Source: Octopus sinensis (lineage: Eukaryota). Taken from it: DNA of 64,000 bases. Positions 1 through 10,831 of this stretch are shown piece after piece. The notes beneath the pieces are model-generated. The model made no database searches. It saw nothing but the letters and a program-made list of their open reading frames with translations, and was not told the origin of the DNA. Positions within the stretch are counted from its first letter, which is position 1, and the number at the start of each line of letters is the position of its first letter. The position numbers and the translations under genes were made by a program. The stretch lies in NCBI RefSeq assembly GCF_006345805.1, contig NC_043010.1, forward strand, positions 12,214,001-12,278,000, in the 5' to 3' direction.

Positions 1-480
1 ATTTCTGTTTTAATTAATAATTTAATTTTAATTTTAATTAATTATCAGTAAAGCTCTAAAAAAATACACAGCATTGTTCAGTTGAGATTCAGTTGTATTA
101 AAAAGAAAAATGTCAAAAAGATTTTATTTTAATTAATATTTCAATTTTCATTAACTTTAAAATCATTTACTTATTACTGTAGATTCAAGTCAATCTTTTT
201 AAAACCTATTATTAGTAGGATTTTTAAAATCCATTTCTATGACGATAAAATAAAAATAACTTATTGTTTACCAAAAATTTTAATGAAGTAGTTTAGAGAA
301 TGCATTGCAAGGGCAACAACTTAGTGTTTTGAAAGAAGCAAAACAAGATGGAATTTTGTAATAAATTGAAAATTAAAACAAACGTTATTTAGAAGAGAAA
401 TGGAGCATTTAATAAGCCAAAAATTTAGTAAATGGTCAAACAGTAACTAGGTTAAAGGTTAGACTAGATATATTATTCAT

Positions 481-700
481 TTATTCTTTTGCTTGTTTCA
501 GTCATTTGACTTGCGGCCATGCTGGAGCATTGCCTTCAAGGGTTTCAGCCAGACAAATTAACCTGTAGACTCATTTTTTTTTACTTATTCTATCAGTAAC
601 TTTTGCTGAACTACCAAGTTACAGAGATGTAAACACACCAACACCAGTTGCCAAGCTGTGATGGGGATGGGGACAAACAGAGACAAAGACAGACAGACAC
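481..700 (-). mobile_element. SINE family A, 3' module only (degraded)
   Basis: Matches the module seen in full copies elsewhere in the window (ttttgcttgtttcagtcatttgac...ggccatgctggagc...gacaaaca). Confidence 0.8.
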
Positions 701-709
701 ATAAATATA

Positions 710-746
<37 letters not shown>

Positions 747-767
747 ATGGAAACAGTAGTTGTGATA

Positions 768-1265
768 CCTGTGCCGGTGACACATAAAAAGCACCATCCG
801 AACGTGGCCGTTGCCAGTGCAGCCTCCACTGGCTTCTGTGCCGGTGGCACATAAAAAGCACCATCCGAACGTGACCGATGCCAACCCCGCCTCGAATGGC
901 TTCTGTGCCGGTGGCACATAAAAAGCAACATCCGAACGTGGCCGATGCCAGCACCACCTTGACTGGCTTCTGTGCCGGTGGCACATAAAAAAAAAAAGCA
1001 CCACGAACGTGGCCGATGCCAGACCGCTCTGGCACTGTACAGGTGGCACAAAAAAGCACCAACTGACCGTGGCCGTTGCCAGCCCGCTGGCACCTTACAG
1101 GTGGCACGTAAAAAGCACCCACACTCGCGAGTGGTGGCCGTTGAAGCCATCCTCTGTACCTGCCAGATCAGCTGGAGCCTGGGGCAGCCCCTGGCTCCCC
1201 AGACCCTGGTCGAACGTCCAACCCGTGCTAGCACGAAACGGACGTTAACATGAGATGAATGATGA
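768..1265 (+). mobile_element. SINE-like family C (RTE-type tail) with about 6 tandem ~60-bp 5' units
   Basis: Repeated tgtgccggtggcacataaaaagcaccatccgaacgtggccgatgccag units, then ...ccaacccgtgctagcacgaaacggacgttaacatga(tga)n. The RTE affinity of the tail is inferred from remembered consensus sequences. Confidence 0.75.
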
Positions 1266-1319
1266 TATGATATATATATATATATATATATATAAGTATA
1301 TATACACACACACACATAC

Positions 1320-1470
1320 ATGATAGGCTTCTTTCAGTTTCTGTATACTAAATTCACTCATAAGGGTTTCAGTGGCCTGAGGCTAAAGTAGAGGACACTT
1401 GTCCGAGGTGCCACACAGTTGGACTATACCCAGAATCATGTGGTTAGGAAGCAAGCTTCTTACCACACAT
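1320..1470 (-). mobile_element. SINE family A, tRNA-derived head
   Basis: Reverse complement of gtgtggtaagaagcttgcttcctaaccacatg...ggcacctcggacaagtgtcc. Confidence 0.75.
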
Positions 1471-1844
1471 CCACATTAAATGATATTCAAGTCTAAGTTC
1501 TGAATTTATCAGATGGTACGGTACGTGTTCTAAGAAAGAGCTTTGCCAATATATGGAATATAATTTATCAAAAGAAGCCATTACTGTTAGTTAAAATGAA
1601 TTTTATGTTAAAAGTATTTTCTATAGTTAGAAGAAATTGAAGATTAGTTGAAATTTATTTGTGACTAGATGTGGGGATGAAAAAGTGTCCGTAAATTATT
1701 TGCAATTTAGTAATATATTTCATTTGAAAATTCTTGTTATTCTAAAACTTTTGTGTCTGCTGGACTTGGTTACTTGATTGTAACAGTATCAGAGGTGCAA
1801 AGCTGAAAATGCTTTACATATGTGTATGTGCGTGTATAGACATA

Positions 1845-1997
1845 GGCATGTCTGTGTGGTAAGAAGCTTGCTTCCCAACCACATGGTTCCAGGCTTCAGT
1901 CCCACTGCATGGCAACTTGGGGCAAGTGTCTTCTACTATAGCCTCAGGCTGACCAAAGCATTGTGACCAAAGCATTGTAACACAAACTGAAAGAAGC
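1845..1997 (+). mobile_element. SINE family A, tRNA-derived head
   Basis: A-box-like and B-box-like motifs (tgtctgtgtggtaag; ggcttcagtccc), then ttggggcaagtgtcttctactatagcc. Confidence 0.8.
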
Positions 1998-1999
1998 CC

Positions 2000-2132
2000 A
2001 TAATTTCATTCTAAAATTAAATAATCACACCATTGGAATACTAAAGCTACAAGATAATGCATGGGTAATTCAAATTAATGTAAATAAATGAGCATTACAT
2101 TCGACAGAATAATCTGACTGTTCAAGAGTTAA
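2000..2132 (-). mobile_element. Fragment of the piggyBac-like MITE family (see 58774-59001)
   Basis: Reverse complement aligns by eye with 58774-58900 (cagatta.tctgt..aatgtaat...catgcattatct..tagcttt). Confidence 0.55.
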
Positions 2133-2258
2133 GGCAGTGCTCCAGCATGGCCACAGTCAAATGACTGAAACAAGTAAAAGAATAAAAGAATATATATATA
2201 CCTTTCTTTATTTGTGGGTCCCAGAGGACTCATGTTAGAAAGATTTCTTTACCATATG

Positions 2259-2299
<41 letters not shown>

Positions 2300-2687
2300 A
2301 CACTCATTCCTTTTGGAATATCTTGCAGTACACACACAAAGCTATAACTAATGGCATGTAAGTAATGGATATTAAAAATCCCTTTTGGATAGAAAAACCA
2401 AAGGCTGCCTCTGGGTTTCAAAAAGAATTCTCAGCCCAATATTTACATGCTATTATGTATAGTTTAATGTGTAAAACACACACACACACACACACACACA
2501 TGCACATACACATACACAAGCACGTCTGTATGTGTGTGTTTGTATGTGTGTATTCTGCCAAGCAAATTGGCAGAATCATTAGAGCATCAACTAAAATGCT
2601 ATGCAATATTCATTCCAGTTTTTGAGTTTGGAGGTCAAATTCCTCTGAGGCCAACTTTCACTTTCATCCAATCAAGGGGAATAAAAA

Positions 2688-2763
<76 letters not shown>

Positions 2764-2780
2764 CTATCTATCTATCTATC

Positions 2781-2816
<36 letters not shown>

Positions 2817-2993
2817 ATATTATATATATAGGTGAGAAAGTTGGTGTGTGAAAGCACGTGGTTGAATATATAGAAAATAGCAAAAAGTGAAAAAACTACA
2901 GAAGGCTTGTTTTAAAAGGTTAAAAAATATATATTTGAGTCAATATGTCTGAAGAATGTTATAAATTTTTTTTATACAATGACATAGTTTTTG

Positions 2994-3033
2994 AAGAAAT
3001 GACCGGTTTCGCGTTCAGCTTTTCAAATTTCTT
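2994..3033 (-). ncRNA. Minimal type I hammerhead ribozyme motif, U3-A8 core variant, in the PLE 3' terminal repeat
   Basis: Minus strand reads aagaaat|UUGAAAA|gc-tgaac-gc|GAA|accggt|C|atttctt: 7-bp stem I, 2-bp stem II, palindromic stem III, GUC cleavage triplet. It lies just downstream of the GIY-YIG fragment. Confidence 0.75.
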
Positions 3034-3179
3034 ACATCATTATGTTTACGTTGAGAAGTGTGAAGAAAGAGTTCCAGTCAAGGGGAGGTAATAAGTGATT
3101 TCTTCCAGTGTAAGGGAGATAATCGCTTAATATTTTTTGCCTTTTTTTGGAGTGAGTTTCTCTGTATAAGAATGTTGGA

Positions 3180-3729
3180 ATGGTTAAGTTTGGGCTTGTC
3201 TTTTTCAATGAAGAATGTTTCCTTGTTTAGTCTAATTTGTGTTGGTGTTCCGATAGCACATTGGTAAAATGGAAAGATTAAAAATTGTGGTAGTAGTTTT
3301 TGCGCATTTCTCAATGTGCTTACTAAAGGGTATCATTCTGTATTCTGGGAATGCAATCTGTTGTTGATGCAGTGTGCATCTACGTCTGAGTGATAGTCCC
3401 GTGGACCCCACGTAGTTTTGGTGGCAGCCCGAGCATTTTATGACATAAATTATGTTTTCAGAGGCACAAGTAAAATTAGATTTGATCTTGAATTTCTGTC
3501 CCTCTTTGAAGAGGAATTCTAATCCTTCTAGCAGGTTTGGACATGTTGCACAGTTCGATCTACCACATTTTTTTACTTTTGCATCCGTAATTTCAGAAAA
3601 CAATTTTGCCTTTGTGAGAATCTTTTTAAGTGATTTAGGTTGTTTGTAGCTTTTAATGATTTGGTGTGTGTTTAGAATTTCCTTTAATTTGGGGTCCTTA
3701 TGAAAAGGTAAATTTATAATTAAGGGCAC
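3180..3729 (-). pseudogene. Penelope-like element GIY-YIG endonuclease fragment (Neptune-like), frameshifted
   Basis: KKCGRSNCATCPNL...FTCASENIIYVIKCSGCHQNYVGSTGLSLRRRCTLHQQQI...KH, continuing in another frame as IFPFYQ...RLNKETFFIEKDKPKLN (GIY, YIG, Arg, Glu and Asn motifs). The clade call is an inference from the Cys-rich linker. Confidence 0.9.
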
Positions 3730-3974
3730 AAGATAGTGCTAGAAATATGAGTGGAAAAGTACTCAAATAAGCCATAATATCACTGAAAATGTAACGAGCT
3801 GACAAAATCAAGGAGTGAGTGAAAAGCTAACCTACCATTGTGTGGGTGAAAGACAGAAAAGAATTTGCAGATATATTCATATCATGTGATTTTAAAACTC
3901 TAAGATGTTACTCTTAGTTCCCTTCAGTGGGTCTCGCTGCCTGGGGTTAAACTAATACCCTAGTTCATCATACC

Positions 3975-4385
3975 TACTCTTTTACTTGTTTCAGTCATGT
4001 AACTGTGACCATGCTGGAGCACCGTCTTTAGTCAAACAAATTGACCCCAGGACTTATTCTTTGTGAGCCTAGTACTTATTCTATTGGTCTCTTTTGCTGA
4101 ACCACAAAGTTACAGGGACATAAACACTCCAGCATCGGTTGTCAAGTGATGTTGGGGGAACAAACACAGACACACAAACATATACACACACACACACACA
4201 CACACATACATATAGACACATATACGACAGGCTTCTTTCAGTTTCCGTCTACCAAATCCACTCACAAGGCCTTGGTTGACCCGAGGCTATAGTAGAAAAC
4301 ACTTGCCCAAGGTGCCACGCAGTGGAACTGAACCCGGAACCATGTGGTTGGTAAGCAAGCTACTTACCACACAGCCACTCCTACT
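3975..4385 (-). mobile_element. SINE family A, full length (tRNA head, internal microsatellite, 3' module)
   Basis: Bipartite structure shared by many copies; the sense-strand tail is gaaacaagtaaaagag. Confidence 0.9.
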
Positions 4386-4679
4386 TGTAAAAATCATTGA
4401 AAAACTAGTTCCAAATTCAAATGATAGAAGTGTATAATACAAATATTATTAATAAATAATAATTATACAAGTGGCTAGCATGCATATTAACCAAAAGAAT
4501 TTGCAGTGATATTGTGGCTTATTTGAGTATTTTTCAACTCTGATTTTTAGCAATGCTGGTACTATCTTGTTCCCTTAATTATAAATCTATATATACATAC
4601 AGACATGCGTGCATGCACATACACGCACATACCTCCTTCTCTTGCACTCTCCTGTCTTTGAAAGAACTTTTTCTTTGTC

Positions 4680-4912
4680 TGTTTCCTTCTGGTCATTTCA
4701 ATAAATGACCGTGTGTGTATCGTTGGCAATTTTCATTCTCCATCTTCCCTTCTTTGGATCTTTTTCTATATTTCTGATGAAGAGCTCCGCTCGAAACGTG
4801 AAATCCTCTTTCTTTTCTTTCTTTTCCTGAGCGTCCAATAACACTGTACTTGTTCTACGTCCTCGTGTTGTTGTTTTTTCTTGCTTGTTCATGTTTGGAT
4901 TGACTATATATA
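4680..4912 (+). mobile_element. Short hammerhead-containing unit (probable PLE terminal-repeat remnant) ending in (TA)n
   Basis: attt|CUGAUGA-A|gagc-tcc-gctc|GAA|acgt|G|aaat at 4770-4804. Homologous to the units at 61520-61940. Confidence 0.7.
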
Positions 4913-4956
4913 TACATACATATATATATATACATATGTGTGTATTTATGTATATG

Positions 4957-5002
<46 letters not shown>

Positions 5003-5004
<2 letters not shown>

Positions 5005-5410
5005 CTCTTTTACTCTTTTACTTGTTTCAGTCATTTGACTGCGGCCATGCTGGAGCACTGTCTTTAGTCGAGGAAATCGACCCCCAGGACTTATTCTTTG
5101 TAAGCCTAGTACTTATTCTATCGTTCTCTTTTGCTGAACCGCTAAGTTACGGGGACGTAAACACACCACCATGGGTTGTCAAGCGATGCTAGTGGAACAA
5201 ACACAGACACAAACATACACACACACATATATATATGTATACATATATATGACGGGCTTCTTTCAGTTTCCGTCTACCAAATCCACTCACAAGGCTTTGT
5301 TTGGCCCGAGGCTATAGTAGAAGACACTTGCCCAAGGTGCCACACAGAGGAACTGAACCCGGAACAATGTGGTTGCGTAGCAAGCTACTTACCACACAGC
5401 CGCTCCTTCG
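5003..5410 (-). mobile_element. SINE family A, full length
   Basis: Near-consensus copy. Confidence 0.9.
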
Positions 5411-5479
5411 CCTATATATATATATATATATATACATAAGTTTTACTCTGGTGGAGTAAAGCAGTTGTGTCAGTACCAT

Positions 5480-5669
5480 GTAAAAGCATTTGTGTGGTGC
5501 CACATAAAAGCACCCAGCACACTCTGTAAAGTGGTTGGCATTAGGAAGGGCATCCACCTGTAGAAACCATGCTAAGTTAGACTGGAGTCTGGTGCAGCTC
5601 CCCAGCTTGTCAGCTCCAGTCAAACCATCCAACCCATGCCAGCATAGACAATGGAAGTTAAATGATGAC

Positions 5670-5706
<37 letters not shown>
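5480..5706 (+). mobile_element. SINE-like family C
   Basis: gtggttggcattaggaagggcatccacctgtagaaac...ccaacccatgccagcat...(gat)n tail. Confidence 0.8.
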
Positions 5707-5708
5707 CA

Positions 5709-5990
5709 TCTATTATATAAAATCCGTTCTGTATGTCTGTGTGTGTGTGTCTTCTGGGATCTCGGGCATCTTCCATCCGATTGCACTCAAATTTGATATG
5801 TAGATACCGATGGTATCAGGGCATGTATAAGTCTTGAAAAAATTACAAAAATCGATTCCAGGTGAGAATGCAATCGATAAAGTGAATAAAATCGTTTTTC
5901 TTTGGAATAGAAAAAAGGCTATCTTTATTTCTTCTTTTGCTGGTGTCTCAAATTTAGGTTAAATCAGTGTTTCTCAAAGGGGATGCCTAT
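5709..5990 (+). mobile_element. Non-autonomous Helitron-like 5' end
   Basis: Begins A|TCTATTATATAAAAT, then a (TG)n-like tract and ccgattgcactcaaatttgatatg, resembling the 5' layout of invertebrate non-autonomous Helitrons. No CTRR 3' end was found. Confidence 0.5.
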
Positions 5991-6019
5991 GGGACGGTCG
6001 GACAAGTTGTTTTGAGAAA

Positions 6020-6078
6020 ATTTGGTTTAAATTTTTGACAACTCAACACCATCCATTGGACAGGGGGGCGTTTATATA

Positions 6079-6136
<58 letters not shown>

Positions 6137-6201
6137 GTACACTTGCAAAACGCCCCCCTGTCCAATGGATGGTGTTGAGTTGTTAAACATTTAAACCAAA
6201 T
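6020..6201. repeat. ~180-bp palindrome centred on a (TA)n tract
   Basis: Arm 6020-6073 is the near-exact reverse complement of arm 6148-6201. Confidence 0.85.
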
Positions 6202-6959
6202 ATATATATATATATATATATATACGACTATGAGGATTTACCTTCCCAATGAAACTCGTTTTTTTCCCAAACTTTTTCTCAAATCTGCTATAATGTAATA
6301 TATGTCTTAGGTGTGGTAATTGTACGCGACATGTTGACCTACATGTTATATCAATTATGCATTAATATAAATTGTTCAATAAAGCCAGAAACATATGTAC
6401 CGCAAAATCCTTTGCATCCTGCTTTTCTTTTGATAAATATATATATATATATATATATACATACATACATTTATTTGCATGTGCGTACATTTATTTATAA
6501 ATTGGAAAGGTTGTGCTTTGTACTATTACTGCTTCTCTTGTTTTTTTATAGTATCATTGTGTGTGTGTGTGTGAGTAATTGAGTGAGTGAGTGAGTGATT
6601 TCATATCTCTCTCATCTAGATATGAGTTTCACTCACTAGTTGAGAAACAGTGGCTTCACTGATAGTCATCTGTTTCCAGTTCTCCATATCTTCATAGCTG
6701 AGCTGTAAGTTATTTGATAGACTGAGAAATTTTTTTTTTTTTTTTGGAAACAGATGGAGTGGAGGATGGGGGAGTAGTTGGCAACAAGAAGGGCATCTGG
6801 TTGTAGAAGATTTTACCCCATCACACTCTCATCTCACTGATGCACGCATGGAAAATTAAGCAGTAAAACAATGACAATGATGATGATGATGATGATAAAG
6901 ATACACATACACACAGACACACACTTATATATGTATACATATGTGTATCTGTATTTGTA

Positions 6960-6978
6960 AAATATCTGTCTATGTACA

Positions 6979-7050
<72 letters not shown>

Positions 7051-7508
7051 GTATATGCCTATACATATATATTATATATATTATATTGTATATATTATAT
7101 ATATATGTATATATATATATATGTATATCTATCTATATGTTTATATACCTTATATATATATATATGTATATATACATATGTATATATATATTATGTATAG
7201 ATATCTATTATCCTATATCTATATTAGTATATATATATGCTATATATCTATATTGTTATATATAGATATAGGTATATATATATTATATTATATATGTGTG
7301 TGTATATATATCTATCTGTATATATATATATATGTGTGGTGTATGTATGGTGTATATATATATCTTATATATATATATATTAATATATTGTGTGTAATAT
7401 ATGTATATATATCTATATGTATATATATATATATGTGGTGTATATATATGTGTGTATATATATATATGTATATATCTATATGTATATATATCTATATGTA
7501 TATATATC

Positions 7509-7540
<32 letters not shown>
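6960..7540. repeat. Degenerate (TA)n microsatellite field
   Basis: Direct inspection. Confidence 0.95.
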
Positions 7541-7835
7541 TATATCATAACAAAATGCCTTAAGAAATATAGAATGGGTCTCTGGCTGTCAAAACATATA
7601 AGTATCTTCAATGAAAATAAAATGTTATATATATTCTAATGGGAATGGTATTTTTTAACTTTAAAATGAAACTGTATTACTAAAGCAAACTCTGCTGAAA
7701 AAAAAGTTTTACCTATTGTGTTTGTGTTTTCCAGTTTCAGCTCTTGAGCTGTGGCCATGATGGGGCACCTATGTGTATGTTCAAAACCAATGTGCTCAAG
7801 ATCACAGATATCAATATTTAGCAGAGGTAAGGGAG

Positions 7836-8460
7836 TGAGCTGGCAGAATTGTTAGCATAAAGGGCTACGAGTTGGCAGAATCGTTAGCACGCCGGGCGAA
7901 ATGCTTAGCAGTATTTCGTCTGTCACTACGTTCTGAGTTCCAATTCCGCCGAGGTCGACTTTGCCTTTCATCCTTTCGGGGTCGATTAAATAAGTACCAG
8001 TTACGCACTGGGGTCGATGTAATCGACTTAATCAGTTTGTCTGTCCTTGTTTGTCCCCTCTATGTTTAGCCCCTTGTGGGTAGTAAAGAAATAGGTATTT
8101 CGTCTGTCGTTACGTTCTGAGTTCAAATTCCGCCGAGGTCAACTTTGCCTTTCATCCTTTCAGGGTTGATTAAATAAGTACCAGTTATGCACTGGGGTCA
8201 ATAAAATCGACTTAATCCGTTTGTCTGTCCTTATTTGTCCCCTCTGTGTTTAGCCCCTTGTGGGCAGTAAAATAAATAAGAATTGTTAGCATGCCAGGCA
8301 AAATGCTTAGCATCATTTCATCCCTCTTTACATTCTGAGTTCAAATTCCACCAAGGTCGACTTTATCTTTCATTTTTTTTCAGGGTCAATAAAGTAAGGC
8401 TCCAGTTGAGCACTGGGGTTGATGTAATTGACTTCTCCTCTTCCCTGAAATTGCTGGCCT
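7836..8460 (+). mobile_element. SINE family B, 3-4 head-to-tail partial copies
   Basis: Repeated gagctggcagaatcgttagc...gttctgagttcaaattccgccgaggtcgactttgcctttcatcctttcggggtcgat..aagtaccagtt. The central part resembles the Meta-domain as I remember it (unverified). Confidence 0.85.
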
Positions 8461-8461
8461 C

Positions 8462-9090
8462 TCTCTTTACTCTCTCTTTTACTTGTTTCAGTCATTTGAC
8501 TGCTCCCATGCTGGAGCACCGCCTTTAGTCGAACAAATCGACCCCAACACTTATTCTTTGTAAGCCTAGTACTTATTCTATCAGTCTCTTTTGCCCAACC
8601 GCTAAGTGATGGGGACGTAAACAAACCAGCATCAGTTGTCAAGCGATGTTGGGGGACAAACATATACACACACATACATGAACCATCCGAACGTGGCCGT
8701 TGCCAGCGCCGCCCCAACTGGCCTCGTGCCGGTGGCATGTAAAAAGCACCATCTGATTGTGGCCATTACCAGCCTTGCCTGGCCCCCGTGCCGGTGGCAC
8801 ATAAAAAGCACCATCCGATCGTGGCCGTTTGCCAGCCTCATCTGGCACCTGTGCCGGTGGCACGTAAAAAGCACCTACTACACTCACAGAGTGGTTGGTG
8901 TTAGGAAGGGCATACAGCCATAGAAATATTGCCAGATCAGACTGGGCCTGGCGCAGCCTTCTGGCTTCCCAGACCCCAGTTGAACCGTCCAACCCATGCT
9001 AGCATGCCCAAGGTGCCACGCACTGGGACCAAACCCGGAACCATGTGGTTGGTAAGCAAGCTGCTTACCACACAGCAACTCCTGCACCTG
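8462..9090 (-). mobile_element. SINE family A interrupted by a plus-strand family C copy (about 8680-9005)
   Basis: The A 3' module and the A head flank a C element that sits at the internal microsatellite. Confidence 0.85.
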
Positions 9091-9774
9091 GTTCAAAATT
9101 TGAAATTAATATTTAGGATAGGTTAGTGGATTAGTATAATTGGTGGTGTAGTTACAACTTCCCAATCTGAGTTCAGATCCTGCTATGAGACCAATAAAAT
9201 AAGTACTGGGCTTACAAAGAATAAGTCCCGGGGTCGATTTGCTCGACTAAAGGCGATGCTCCAGCATGACCACAGTCAAATGACTGAAACAAGTAAAAGA
9301 GAATAAAAAAGAATAGCAGAAATAACAAAGTGATTCAAGCTCCAAGAGTTTCATGCGATGGCACTTATCAATGGAACTGTCGGGCCTTGAGTCACTCTGT
9401 TACTTCTGCTATATATTAATAATCTGTGTGTGTGTGTGTCCCTGTGTTCCTATTGTATGATGGCTGTAAACAACTGTCACTCATTGTCATAGAAGCAGTG
9501 TTGTTTCTTTCTAGTCTTCTATGAAAGGCCTACTATGTCCAGCCATCTGAAAAACATTACCCTGCTCGGAAACAAGTGAGGGTTGGTTGGTGACAGCAAG
9601 GACATCCAGCTGTAGAAACTCTGCTTCAGAGAAATTCTGTCTGACCCATATAGACATGGAGTGACAGACATTCAAACAATGATGACGATAAACATGATGA
9701 TGGAGATGTTACTGACGATGATTATGATAATGATGATGTTGTTGCTGCTGTTGCTGTTGAGCGAACGGTCTTCG

Positions 9775-10115
9775 TCCCAGAGCTCGCAAGATGGGAGAAG
9801 TTCGAAACGTGGTCCTTTGCTATTTGTGAGACCCGCAGAAGAGAAAGCAGGTCAACCCTCGACACCCAGAGCATCGACAGATGGATGAATGCGCATCCAG
9901 GCTCAGCAGTTGCGTAGGAAGTCGGGGACAAGTAACAGGAAGAAAGAGTGAGAGAAAGTTGAGGCGAAAGAGTACAACAGGGGTCACTACCACCCCCTGC
10001 TGGAGCCTTGTGGAGCTTTAGGCGTTTTCACTCAATAAACACACACGGTCTGGGAATCGAAACCACGATCCTCCAACCGCGAGGCCGCTGCCCTAACAAC
10101 TGGGCCATTGCACCT
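9775..10115 (-). mobile_element. SINE family D (tRNA-derived head), tail variant 1
   Basis: Minus strand: gtggaggtgcaatggcccagttgttaggg...ggtttcgattcccagacc...actttctctcactctttcttcc, then a unique tail. Confidence 0.85.
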
Positions 10116-10794
10116 CCACTTGTTGCTGCTGCTGCTGATGATGATGATGATGTTGATGATGTTGATGATGATGATGCTGATGATGACAATAGTGTTGGTA
10201 TTCTAATATTCACAGTTTTGGGGTATCAAGTTGACAGAAGCATTAGAACAAAATGCTTTGCATTCTGAATTGAAAACTGCTGATGTAAACTTTGTCTTTC
10301 ATCCTTCAGGGGTGGGGAGAGACAACAAAAGTACCTGTCTAGGGCGGTGCACAAATGGAACAATAACAGTGCTGAATAGAATGCCTTGTGGTATTTTGTT
10401 CTGGTGTTCCAAATTCAGATCCTTCCTTGGCCTACATGGATGGCAGGCCTACTTTATTGCTCAGATTGACAAAACCACTTGGCCCTTGGGTGGTGTTAGC
10501 AAAGTCCATTCTGTTGCTAGTATTCAGGTCAGGCCTTCTGTTTGAGGATAGCTTCACCCTTCCTATCTATATGTCTTGAAATCCTTTGAAAGAGCCATAG
10601 ACATTGCCCTGTCTCCTAAGTGATAAAAAAGAAATAAGGGCAGGTTTGGCTGTGTGGTTAAGAGGTTTGCTTTGCAACCACATAGCTTTATGTTTCAGTC
10701 CCACAGCTTGGCACCTTGGGCAAGTGTCTTCCAACCGATACCTTGTGAATGAGTTTGGTAGACAGAAACTGTATGAAAGCCTTTCATATATGTA

Positions 10795-10830
<36 letters not shown>

Positions 10831-10831
<1 letters not shown>

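Noticed and set aside
768-1130. Repeat-plus-variable-spacer pattern suggesting CRISPR or a twister ribozyme array
   Set aside because: The variable parts are only 4-11-nt hairpin loops, and I could not fit twister or HDV pseudoknot pairings. Kept only as a structured repeat.
619-1321. ORFs of 100-200 aa over family C repeats, also at 8.4-9.1, 12.0-12.3 and 38.1-38.7 kb
   Set aside because: Chance open frames across GC-richer SINE tandem units; similar peptides recur wherever the repeat occurs.
6821-7639. Long ORFs rich in Y/I/M/C/V/H/T, here and at 20-21, 26, 31-32, 36 and 49-52 kb
   Set aside because: Translations of (TA)n, (TACA)n and (CA)n microsatellites, not genes.
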